A stretch of DNA of 64,000 nt from Clostridiales bacterium (lineage in GTDB: Bacteria > Bacillota > Clostridia > Saccharofermentanales > Saccharofermentanaceae): NCBI GenBank assembly GCA_017511005.1, contig JAFWLP010000069.1, forward strand, positions 1,918-65,917. Reading direction: 5' to 3'. The position numbers and the translations under genes are program-made. The notes under the pieces are model-generated. The model searched no databases. It saw nothing but the letters and a program-made list of their open reading frames with translations, and was not told the origin of the DNA. Positions 38,304 to 47,369 of the stretch are shown here, piece by piece; position 1 is the first letter of the stretch, and every line of letters begins with the position of its first letter.

Positions 38304-39715
38304 TATTTCCTGCCCAGTCCTTTCACGATCTTCTCAAGCACGCTCTTTATCGACTTGTACCTGATAACAACCAACACTATCAGGAGTGCTGCCTGCACGA
38401 ATACACACCAGATCGAATCCGGATAGACCAGCAACGCAGATGACGTCAGGAGCACAAAAGATACTATGTTCCTCACCGTGAAAACCTGGAGCTTCATATA
38501 TTTCCTTATGTCAAAGAACCGGAAAACAAAAACCGCCATGTAGCTGATGCAGGTGGCAATTGCCGCGCCCATGGCGCCTGTCAACGGGATCAGGACAAAG
38601 TTGAGCACGACATTCACAACAGCTCCCGTCGTTGCCGACAGCATAAAGCCCTTGCTGTCCTTGTTGACCACATAGAAGTTGGAAAAGAACGTTCCCAGAG
38701 CCATTACCGCCATTCCCACGATAAGCGGCGGCGAGAACATCCAGGCTTCATAGTATTCCGGCTCGACATAGAAGCTCATGAACGGCTTCAGCACTATGAG
38801 GATCAGCATTCCGGTCATCATGAGGAATGCGAAAAAAGCATCAAATACCGAGCCGTTGAACTCTGCAGCATCCTTGCTGTCATTCTCCTTTATCGCCGAA
38901 TAGGAATATGCCTGGTTGAAGACGCCGGTCATGACTGCAAGTATGGTCGGAAGCTTATATGAGACCGCATAGATACCGGCAGTCTCTGCGCTTACCATCT
39001 CGATGACCATCAGCCTGTCAGAAGAGTTCATTATCCACCACATAAAGCTGTTCGGGATCAGCACAACGGAGTAGAGCAGCATCTGCTTCAGCAGGCCGCG
39101 GTCTATATGGAAATCCCTGAATACCGCAAAAGCTTTTCCTGCTATGAACGCATAGACTGCCGTCACGGCATATGAGAGCACATACGCGAGGAGATATCCG
39201 CGGATCCCCCAGTCGAACACCACCAGGAAAACTATATTGAACACCGCTATAAGCAGGGCCTGAATAATGTTGCCGATGGAGTATTTGAGGAGCTGCTCTT
39301 TGCCCCTAAGATAACAGAAGAATATCTGGGATATGCCCATCGCAAATACATACAGAAGGATCAGCACCAGATATTCCGACAGCCTCCTGTAAAGCAGGAT
39401 GCCGAATGCCAACAGAGAGCCCGGCAGCAGCGAACACAGCATTATCAGGAATGCCGCAGACATTATCCCGTTAATGTCCGCATTCTTATCCAGAGCAAAG
39501 CGCATGACCGCCTCTCCGATATTGAAGAAAATAACAGGTGCGGCGACTATGCAGATGTTTGTGATGAGATCCGCAGTGCCGTACTGGCCGGTCACGAGCG
39601 CGTTAGTATAAAGCGGCACCAGGAAAAAAGCCACAAGCTTGCTGCCAATATTCCCGATTGAGAATATAAGCGTGTTCTTTGCGAGATATCTTGTGCGGCT
39701 CCCTGTGCTGCCCAT
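38303..39715 (-). CDS. wzx: Wzx flippase (cluster 2)
   Basis: YLAKNT, QYGTADL, SSDR and GIYAVSYKLP motifs; multi-TM. Confidence 0.88.
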   Translation of the reverse strand: MGSTGSRTRYLAKNTLIFSIGNIGSKLVAFFLVPLYTNALVTGQYGTADLITNICIVAAPVIFFNIGEAVMRFALDKNADINGIMSAAFLIMLCSLLPGSLLAFGILLYRRLSEYLVLILLYVFAMGISQIFFCYLRGKEQLLKYSIGNIIQALLIAVFNIVFLVVFDWGIRGYLLAYVLSYAVTAVYAFIAGKAFAVFRDFHIDRGLLKQMLLYSVVLIPNSFMWWIMNSSDRLMVIEMVSAETAGIYAVSYKLPTILAVMTGVFNQAYSYSAIKENDSKDAAEFNGSVFDAFFAFLMMTGMLILIVLKPFMSFYVEPEYYEAWMFSPPLIVGMAVMALGTFFSNFYVVNKDSKGFMLSATTGAVVNVVLNFVLIPLTGAMGAAIATCISYMAVFVFRFFDIRKYMKLQVFTVRNIVSFVLLTSSALLVYPDSIWCVFVQAALLIVLVVIRYKSIKSVLEKIVKGLGRK

Positions 39716-39775
39716 TTCCTGTGCTACCTATCTCCTGCGTTACCTGTTCCCTGTTACCTTTTTCCTGCGTTACCC
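39702..39775. repeat. Five-copy ~16-bp degenerate tandem repeat (core CCTGYGYTACC)
   Basis: Units start at 39702, 39718, 39734, 39750 and 39764. Confidence 0.75.
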
Positions 39776-40954
39776 GTTAAGATTATCCCTTAAGTAAGCC
39801 ATTGCCTTCTCATATTCAGCATTAAGAAGCGATTTCAAATTCGTCTTGTCGTGAACCAGATCGTATTTTCCGGCAATAACGTCAACATCTGATACAACAT
39901 GGTCCTCCAGTCCCAAACGCCCTGTCAGATCGCCAAGCTTGTTCCTGTTGCTCTCCCTTACGATAACGGCAAATCTTTCCGCAAATCTTGCGGAGAAAAC
40001 AGTCCCGTGGAAAGTATCGGTGATGACAAAGGCCGCTTCCTTAAATATCTTCAGCAGCTCGAAAGGTGAAGCCGCATAGAAGTTCTTTATCCATTTCTGC
40101 GGCATTCCCACCGCGATGATCTCCATGTCATTTTCCCTGCAGAAACGTTCTATGTAATCTATCTCGCTCTTCTCATGGATCCTGTTCTTATAAGAATAGA
40201 CAAGGCAGTATCTCTCAGGAAGATGATTTTCAATGCGTACCTCATCTATCTCATTATCAAAGTCACAGAGCAGCGCAGGATCAAGATGATAATCAATCCC
40301 TGCAGAACCTCTGATGCCGCTGACAAACTCGAATGTATTGGTATCCCTTACGGAAAAAGCGGAGATGTTCTTAAAGCTCTCACTGATCTTTTTGATGACC
40401 GCATCAGGCACGTCGGTAAGCTTCGTGAATCCGCAGCATGCAGCATAGGTTATAACACGGCCCGTATTTTCAACATTGCCGAACAATTGCGAAGTGAATC
40501 CCCATGGAGACTCCTGTATGCAGTTGAAGACCTCATCACTGCCGATAATAACGGCATCTGCAGGCCTTCCGCCACCGCAGTGAGAAAGCGGTGGCAAACA
40601 TCTGTCCCTAAACTCATTGAAGATCCTGTCCTGTTCATTTTGGATCCCCTTGTTCCTGAATCTGTTGACAATATAACCGTCGCTGAGTTTTTTGGTAACA
40701 GAGCCGGACTCCATCTCGGAAAGATAGCTTATCCTGTGATCTCTCATAAGGGCATCATCTTCAGGTCTTTTTTCTATGTCCATGAAGCAGACATCGTACC
40801 CAAGGCTCTCCACCATTTTCTTAAGTGAATATGCCTGGATCAGCGAACCAAAATTATTGACCGCCTGCATCGAGAGGATCGCGGCAAGCTTTTTCCCGCT
40901 TTCCGCGCCGTTGATGATGTCACCGCTCATGTTTCTTTCCCTGCTGCCGTTCAT
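39770..40954 (-). CDS. Polysaccharide pyruvyl transferase family protein
   Basis: NNFGSLIQAYSL, GSDEVFN, SVRD, DPALL and TDTFHGTVFS motifs. Confidence 0.87.
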   Translation of the reverse strand: MNGSRERNMSGDIINGAESGKKLAAILSMQAVNNFGSLIQAYSLKKMVESLGYDVCFMDIEKRPEDDALMRDHRISYLSEMESGSVTKKLSDGYIVNRFRNKGIQNEQDRIFNEFRDRCLPPLSHCGGGRPADAVIIGSDEVFNCIQESPWGFTSQLFGNVENTGRVITYAACCGFTKLTDVPDAVIKKISESFKNISAFSVRDTNTFEFVSGIRGSAGIDYHLDPALLCDFDNEIDEVRIENHLPERYCLVYSYKNRIHEKSEIDYIERFCRENDMEIIAVGMPQKWIKNFYAASPFELLKIFKEAAFVITDTFHGTVFSARFAERFAVIVRESNRNKLGDLTGRLGLEDHVVSDVDVIAGKYDLVHDKTNLKSLLNAEYEKAMAYLRDNLNG

Positions 40955-42273
40955 AGATCACCTTTAAGATAATACTTTTTGTTCCTGATCCTGTTATATC
41001 CCATGAGATCGGAATCGATAAGTCCGAATGCCATAAACGCATATGTGAGATACGCGATCTCGCAGTTCATGGAAACATTATAGACAAGCAGTAAGAGCGA
41101 GATTATGGAAAGCGTGAATGCCGTAAGCACAATGCCGTTCTTTCTGTTCCTGTGCTGCCTCGAAAACAGTTCTTTGCATGCATAGACAAACGTCAGAACA
41201 TACAGTCCCAGACCGGTAAGTCCGTTCTGAACCATGACGACCGCATCCGTAAACCAGAAATAGTTGTACTCTTTATACTTAACGTAGAATGAGCTCTGCA
41301 GGATCTTATAACTGTCAGAATACTCACCGTTTCCAAGACCGATGCCGAATAAGACCTTAACGGGATCACCTTTGAATATCCTGGTCGCAACCTCATAGAC
41401 TGCCGTAAGACGCCCGAGGTCACCGCTTCCGGTATAGCTGTCGGTTGCCGTTTGGATGATGGTATCAATATGGAAGAACTCGTTGAACACCGGGAAGAGC
41501 TTATACATTACAGGTATAGATATGCAAAGAGCTGCGAATCCGACCGATACTATCAGCAGCACTTTTGAGAACACTCTGTATGTCTTTCTTGCAAATGCCA
41601 GACAGATAAAGGTCACGATTATCATCTCAATAAAGAAGAACTTCAATTCGCCGACAACTGCAACCGATACGCTTTCACACAATACGATCATAAACGATAT
41701 GAAGCCGCGGCTTCTGCAGAGCCAGTCTGTTAGCGCAAGCGCATATACGATCACAAGGAACACGTTCAGATATGTATTTGCGGTTCCGTGTGTTGTCCCG
41801 AAAACACCGCCGATATAATCGCCCTTCAGCTTCTGCACAAAGAACTGGTATGCGCAGAGCACAAAACTGATGTGACAGATTATATACATCATCTTCTTAA
41901 CAACATTAAGATCCCTTGGATCGATAAAGACCAACACCGCCGTGAAGAATACCACGAACCTTCCGAAATTCCTCATTGACCACAGCCACAGGATCAGATT
42001 CCCGCCATTGAACAATGCCGTCACTGAACCTATGAAAAAGAACAGGAAATACAGGACGTAAAACGGCATATACTTCTTTACCGCCCTGACCGTTACCCTG
42101 AAGTAAACAGTCAGATAGAAGAGCAGCAACAGATTTATGACATCACAAATCAGGGTTATGGCACCCGGAACGCCGTTACTTATCAGAAGCTGCATAAAGC
42201 AGACATACAGAAGTTCCATAAACACAAGGTATTTGGGAACTCTGAGTTTTCCTGTCTTAACGGTCAGTTCCAT
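40951..42273 (-). CDS. wzy: Wzy polymerase (cluster 2)
   Basis: ~10 TM segments; DYIGGVFG, ELKFFF and FGIGLG; position among GT genes; likely start ATG 42273. Confidence 0.7.
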   Translation of the reverse strand: MELTVKTGKLRVPKYLVFMELLYVCFMQLLISNGVPGAITLICDVINLLLLFYLTVYFRVTVRAVKKYMPFYVLYFLFFFIGSVTALFNGGNLILWLWSMRNFGRFVVFFTAVLVFIDPRDLNVVKKMMYIICHISFVLCAYQFFVQKLKGDYIGGVFGTTHGTANTYLNVFLVIVYALALTDWLCRSRGFISFMIVLCESVSVAVVGELKFFFIEMIIVTFICLAFARKTYRVFSKVLLIVSVGFAALCISIPVMYKLFPVFNEFFHIDTIIQTATDSYTGSGDLGRLTAVYEVATRIFKGDPVKVLFGIGLGNGEYSDSYKILQSSFYVKYKEYNYFWFTDAVVMVQNGLTGLGLYVLTFVYACKELFSRQHRNRKNGIVLTAFTLSIISLLLLVYNVSMNCEIAYLTYAFMAFGLIDSDLMGYNRIRNKKYYLKGDL

Positions 42274-43237
42274 GACTGCTCCTGTCCCCTTCACCTTTGA
42301 ATAAGTGCGTAAGCCTGTAGTAGATGTATTTCCTCAGATCGTAATTCTTATAATCTGATACGCTTATCTTTCCAATCCTACCGATCTCATCCTCAAGTTC
42401 AGCCATAAAAGCTCCGGATGCCGCATCAGCAGCTATCTCCCTTTTGACCTTGATGAATATGTAGATCAGCTCATTGAGTCTATAGTATCTGAGATATTCC
42501 GGGACACCTCCCCGTTCAGAATAGTACGATTCAAGCGCACTGCACTGCTCATTCACTGAAGCGTGCATATCGGTCATGTTCTTAAGCGTCGTTGTCTTGG
42601 TTATGGAACCACCGTTCGAGACGTTATAGATATAGTAAATGTGATCAACAGTAATAAAACGTTCAGCCTTCAGAATCAGCCTGTAGAGCGTAGCGATGTC
42701 CTCGTAAGCCCTTCCTTCAGGGAACCTTACATCGCCGAACAGCTCTGCCTTATAAATGTTGAAGCACACCTGATTGCCGATCTTAAGCTTCAGGAGATCT
42801 TCGAGCATCTGATCACGGTTCTTCTCCGTTACGCTCTTATCACCCCTGAATGAATACTCTCCGCTCTTTCTCTCGAAAACATAACCGAAAGATATCATGT
42901 CGGGGCTGTACTTCTCAGTAAAAGCATTCATGTCTCTTATGAAGGCATCAGACACGAGATCGTCTGAGTCAATGAAAGCAAGATATCTGCCGCTTGCCTT
43001 AGAGATGCCCGTGTTCCTCGCATCAGACAGTCCGCCGTTGCTCTTATGGATGGTGATCACATTACCGTATCTGCCGGCATATTCGTCGCATATACTGCCG
43101 CTTGAGTCTGTCGAACCGTCATCGATAAGCAGGAGCTCGGTCTTTTCGAAGCCGTCCTGACAAACAAGGCTGTCAACACACCTTCTTAAGTACCCCTCAA
43201 CGTTATATACCGGAATGATCACTGACAGGAAAACCAT
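42257..43237 (-). CDS. GT2 glycosyltransferase
   Basis: SVIIPVYNVE, DDGSTD, GLSDARN, FIDSDD and YED motifs. Confidence 0.92.
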   Translation of the reverse strand: MVFLSVIIPVYNVEGYLRRCVDSLVCQDGFEKTELLLIDDGSTDSSGSICDEYAGRYGNVITIHKSNGGLSDARNTGISKASGRYLAFIDSDDLVSDAFIRDMNAFTEKYSPDMISFGYVFERKSGEYSFRGDKSVTEKNRDQMLEDLLKLKIGNQVCFNIYKAELFGDVRFPEGRAYEDIATLYRLILKAERFITVDHIYYIYNVSNGGSITKTTTLKNMTDMHASVNEQCSALESYYSERGGVPEYLRYYRLNELIYIFIKVKREIAADAASGAFMAELEDEIGRIGKISVSDYKNYDLRKYIYYRLTHLFKGEGDRSSHGTDR

Positions 43238-44439
43238 TACTTAGTTCCTCCTGCCTTTGCGGTGAGCGTAACGCTCTCATAAACTGCCATAAGCTCCTTG
43301 TAATTGTCTTCCGGCATATACTTTCGCATGTATTCTTCCCTGGCGTTTCTGCCCATAAGCAGGCATCTCTGCGGGTCATCCCACAGGATTCTGACTTTGC
43401 TTATAAAAGCCTCTTGATCGCCCAAAGGAAACTTCACGCCGTTATACTCATCCTTAACGGATTCTTTGGAGAAACCCAGATCAGTCGCTACAATGGCTTT
43501 GCCTAAAGACATGGCTTCGAGCTGTACCATTGAGCAGCCTTCATAACAGATCGACGGAAAGACAACAAACTCAGCGTTTTTGACTATTCCAATACACTTC
43601 CGGTGTTCTGTAAACCCTAGGAAATAAACGTTCTCCCTGGAACCGGCCCATTCTCTGAACTCCTTCTCAAGCGGGCCCCCGCCCATGACAACAAGCGGTA
43701 TGTCAAGATCCTCCCATGCTTTCACGAGAAATCTGATGCCCTTCTCCTCACCTATGCGTCCAAAAAAGACCGCGTAACGCTCAGGAAGCCCATCTGGCGG
43801 CCCCGCCTCAATATCTGCGTCAGGCACAAAATTATACTTCTTCGTGATCTTATTCCCGTCAAATCCTATGTCTGTCAAAAGCTTTATCTGGTTGTCGTTA
43901 AGACAGATATATCTGTCAATCTGTTTGTAAAAGCTCCTGCGGATCCTGTGATACTTGAATATCAGTGCAACTATAAAACTCTGTAATCCGGAACCCTTAA
44001 AGCACTTAAACTTACACATCCTCATATAGTGACCGTCTCCGCATTCATTGCAGAGCTTATTGTCTCTTAGAGAAGTCGAGCAGGGACAGATGAACCTGGT
44101 GTCATGAAGTGTTGCGACAACGGGGACATCGCATCTTTTGGCCGCATAAAGGATAGATGGTGACAACAAAGGAAAAAACGTATGCACATGCACAACATCA
44201 GGTTTCTCCGTGCTGATAAGCTTCTTCACGGCCCTGTAGTTCTTTCCCGACCAGAGCATTCCAAACGCGCTTTTTAGCTTCCCAAGGAAGCCTGCGCTGT
44301 CGAAATCGTCATTGGAAACCGTATAACGGATCACCTCATTGCCATGCGATTCAAGCAGCGCTGTCTCAGCCCTGAAGACCTGATCGTCACCGCTTGCGGA
44401 GCCGGATCTGTGATAGTTGTGGACCGCCAGTATCTTCAT
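43237..44439 (-). CDS. GT4 glycosyltransferase
   Basis: PDVVHVH, TLHD, GRIGEEKG and EGCSMVQLEAM (Ex7E); ATG 44439 in ATGA overlap. Confidence 0.9.
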   Translation of the reverse strand: MKILAVHNYHRSGSASGDDQVFRAETALLESHGNEVIRYTVSNDDFDSAGFLGKLKSAFGMLWSGKNYRAVKKLISTEKPDVVHVHTFFPLLSPSILYAAKRCDVPVVATLHDTRFICPCSTSLRDNKLCNECGDGHYMRMCKFKCFKGSGLQSFIVALIFKYHRIRRSFYKQIDRYICLNDNQIKLLTDIGFDGNKITKKYNFVPDADIEAGPPDGLPERYAVFFGRIGEEKGIRFLVKAWEDLDIPLVVMGGGPLEKEFREWAGSRENVYFLGFTEHRKCIGIVKNAEFVVFPSICYEGCSMVQLEAMSLGKAIVATDLGFSKESVKDEYNGVKFPLGDQEAFISKVRILWDDPQRCLLMGRNAREEYMRKYMPEDNYKELMAVYESVTLTAKAGGTK

Positions 44440-45719
44440 CTTCTGATCCACACCTTCTTATACTCATCGCCAATAAACTGCCAGCTGAATGCGTCCCTGA
44501 TCCGTTCCTTCGCCCTCTTACCGTATTCCTTACGGCTGTCCTCATCCATGCTGTCAGCCTTTTCGATCAGAGCGGAAAGACTGCCCTGTTCCTTGCTCCA
44601 GTAAAGCGCGGCATCCTGTCCTACCTCACAGTTGAATCCAACATCGAGCAACAGGTTCAGATCGGTGCTTCCCAAAGCCTCCAGAAGGCTTGGATTGGTA
44701 CCTCCGACCTCGTGCCCGTGGAAATATCCGTACGCATTCTCGCGGATCTTCTTGAGGAGCTCCCTGTCATAGACCGTGCCTGCAAACTTTATCCGGGGAT
44801 CTTTTGAGAAATGCAGCGTTGATTCAAGCTGCTCCCTGAGCCTGTCATTTATGTTGGTGATTATCGCAAAATCCTTTTTGCTGCTGCTCATCATGAATTC
44901 GCGTATCATGGTCTCGTAATTGTTCTCTGGTACAAACCGTCCGACAACAAGATAGTATTCCCCGGCTCTGAGGCCCTTCTCTTTCAGCCATTCCGTATAT
45001 TCCTGCGCGTCATCACTTAATGAAGACTTCTCTACGTCAGCGCCGTAAGCTATATATATCGTATTGGGATGCGCATATTCTTCCTTAATGTATTTCTCAA
45101 TATTGACAGAATCGCAGATGACGAGGTCAGCTGCTCTTACCATCTTCTTTTCCGACCATTTCCAGTAATGCCTCACCGGAGCGGACCATTTCGCCCTCAT
45201 CCACTCATGACCGTCGGGATTAAGGTAATACCTGCCTCCGATCCGCCTGATCTTATTAACAAGACCGTTGATGTACAGGCCGATCCGGCATGTGAGGATA
45301 TAGAATACCGGATGCTCTATATTGTTCTCGATGCAGTATCTGATCGAGTATTTTACCGCTTCCTTGTCATAGTAGACCGCGACCGCAGGTCCCATATCGG
45401 GACAGTGTATCTTGAAGACATGGGCATTCTTATATGTAAACTCCGAGACAGTTCCGTCAGCGTTCCTCTTTGTGACCTCAACGCCGGAAAGCTTTGTCTC
45501 ATCCATATATCCTTCGCCGTTGGCCTTGCATGCGATATGGTATTTTACCGAAGCCTCATTCTCATGAACACCGGCAAGACGGTCGACAAAAGTCTCATAC
45601 CCGCCATACTGACCGATGGATTTGGCACCGATGATGAACACATGCTGCACGCCGGTACCGGCTGCGGTTTTCGAGATGTCGGACAAATTATCTGTCACCC
45701 GGTTCCTGCTCCTTATCAC
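44436..45719 (-). CDS. WchF/Cps2T-like rhamnosyltransferase (DUF1972)
   Basis: QHVFIIG, YGGYETF, NPDGHEW, GRFVPENNYE and HGHEVGGTNPSLLEAL motifs. Confidence 0.87.
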   Translation of the reverse strand: MIRSRNRVTDNLSDISKTAAGTGVQHVFIIGAKSIGQYGGYETFVDRLAGVHENEASVKYHIACKANGEGYMDETKLSGVEVTKRNADGTVSEFTYKNAHVFKIHCPDMGPAVAVYYDKEAVKYSIRYCIENNIEHPVFYILTCRIGLYINGLVNKIRRIGGRYYLNPDGHEWMRAKWSAPVRHYWKWSEKKMVRAADLVICDSVNIEKYIKEEYAHPNTIYIAYGADVEKSSLSDDAQEYTEWLKEKGLRAGEYYLVVGRFVPENNYETMIREFMMSSSKKDFAIITNINDRLREQLESTLHFSKDPRIKFAGTVYDRELLKKIRENAYGYFHGHEVGGTNPSLLEALGSTDLNLLLDVGFNCEVGQDAALYWSKEQGSLSALIEKADSMDEDSRKEYGKRAKERIRDAFSWQFIGDEYKKVWIRR

Positions 45720-47158
45720 ATTGCGCCCTTGCGCGAAAAAATTACCTTGATGGTCTTGAATATTATCATCGCGTCAAGCCCGAGGCTCCAGTTCGCGACA
45801 TAACCTGTATCGAGCTTGACCACTTCCTCAAAATCCGTGATCTCGCTCCTTCCGCTCACCTGCCACATCCCGGTGATACCCGGCTTGACGGCCAGCCTCG
45901 CCCTGTGATGGAAATGATACTTCTCATATTCATCGGGCGTAGGCGGTCTCGTGCCTACGGTGGACATCGAACCTCCGAGAACGTTAAAGAACTGCGGGAA
46001 CTCATCGAGACTGGTCCTTCTGATGAATTCCCCGATACCGGTCTTTCTCGTGCCGTCAGGAAGGATCTTATTGCCGATTATCCTGGGATCGAAGTCCATC
46101 TTGAACATCATGCCGTCCTTAACCAGATTCTGATCCATCAGGTCTTTCTTCATATCCTCGGCATCCATTCTCATGGAACGGATCTTGTATATCTTGATAT
46201 GTTTTCCGTTCTTGCCGATCCTCTCCTGCTTGAAGAGCACCGGTCCCGGTGACTGAATCTTTATTATGGGACCTACAATGGCCATGATAAGCAGAGCGCA
46301 TACGCTTCCGATAAGACCGGCAACGATATCAAACAGTCTCTTGATCAGGATCTGAACCGGAGTCGCATAGTTGATCGCAGTCGTCAGGACTGCAGTCCCT
46401 CCGATCTTTTCTGAGAATCTCTTTACTTCGGTACGCGCCATGTGTGGAACGTGGTAATGTGTCGGGACCGCCATGACCGCGCACGCATCCATAAGCTTAA
46501 CTATCCTCTTGTCATTTATCGGTCCGTCGATATAGACGGAATCTATCCACTCTTTGGCTATATAGTTAGCGGCATTCTTCATGTCGGATACCACGGGTAT
46601 TCCATGAACGCTCTTAAGGTTGGTGGTCTCGAGGATCACGACACCGACGATCGAATATCCCGCCTGATTGTCACTCAGGAGCTTCGTGAGTATGCCGTCC
46701 GCATTCTCCTCAGATGCCACGACGAGCATGTTGTTGCGCTCGCGCCTGAACCTGGTGTGACGGAGAATGTATTTCCAGATTATCCTCGTGATGTATCCGA
46801 ATATCACATAAAGCGCGAAGGTCACCGCAAGCGTGATTCTCGAATATACTCCGCCGAGCTGCGAAGAGAAGAAATATATCAGTACTATCGCAAGAACATA
46901 TATGCTGTGCTTTATCAGCTCAAAAGCCTCTTTGGCATACCCGCGCTTGATAACGTCATGAAGCGAATTGTTCACCACAGTGACAAGCACGTCGGCCGCG
47001 AAAAGCAGCAGACCGAGATTCCTGTATTCCTGTCTCGAATACACCCATCCCTGATGGCGCAGATAGTACGCGATAACAAACGAAGCCTGAAGGATAAAGA
47101 TATCCAGCAGCATAAAGTCTATGTGCTTCGACCATCCCTGTGCGTTTCTCTTGTACAA
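45716..47158 (-). CDS. CpsE/WchA-like undecaprenyl-phosphate glucose-1-P transferase
   Basis: 4 TM plus Bac_transf domain (KRLFDI, SLDEFPQF, GTRPP, KPGITGMWQVSGR); TTG start. Confidence 0.88.
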   Translation of the reverse strand: MYKRNAQGWSKHIDFMLLDIFILQASFVIAYYLRHQGWVYSRQEYRNLGLLLFAADVLVTVVNNSLHDVIKRGYAKEAFELIKHSIYVLAIVLIYFFSSQLGGVYSRITLAVTFALYVIFGYITRIIWKYILRHTRFRRERNNMLVVASEENADGILTKLLSDNQAGYSIVGVVILETTNLKSVHGIPVVSDMKNAANYIAKEWIDSVYIDGPINDKRIVKLMDACAVMAVPTHYHVPHMARTEVKRFSEKIGGTAVLTTAINYATPVQILIKRLFDIVAGLIGSVCALLIMAIVGPIIKIQSPGPVLFKQERIGKNGKHIKIYKIRSMRMDAEDMKKDLMDQNLVKDGMMFKMDFDPRIIGNKILPDGTRKTGIGEFIRRTSLDEFPQFFNVLGGSMSTVGTRPPTPDEYEKYHFHHRARLAVKPGITGMWQVSGRSEITDFEEVVKLDTGYVANWSLGLDAMIIFKTIKVIFSRKGAM

Positions 47159-47311
47159 TCCTTATTCCCCCATAGAATAATCAGCTGTTTGTCATGTTTT
47201 CGAGTGCGCGTCAAAGCGCATGGTACATTTTACCATCTGCCGCAAAAGTATTATAAATAATAAAATTGCGCCAACTGTATAGTGTTTTGGTGAATGTGTG
47301 TAAGAAATAAA

Positions 47312-47336
47312 AGGGCATCTCATTGTGAGACACCCT
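47312..47336 (-). terminator. Intrinsic terminator of the GGDEF gene
   Basis: Minus strand AGGGTGTCTCA-CAA-TGAGATGCCCT-TTTATTT. Confidence 0.75.
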
Positions 47337-47369
47337 AATGTTTCAGCTGATCAACCGCACTGATTCTTA

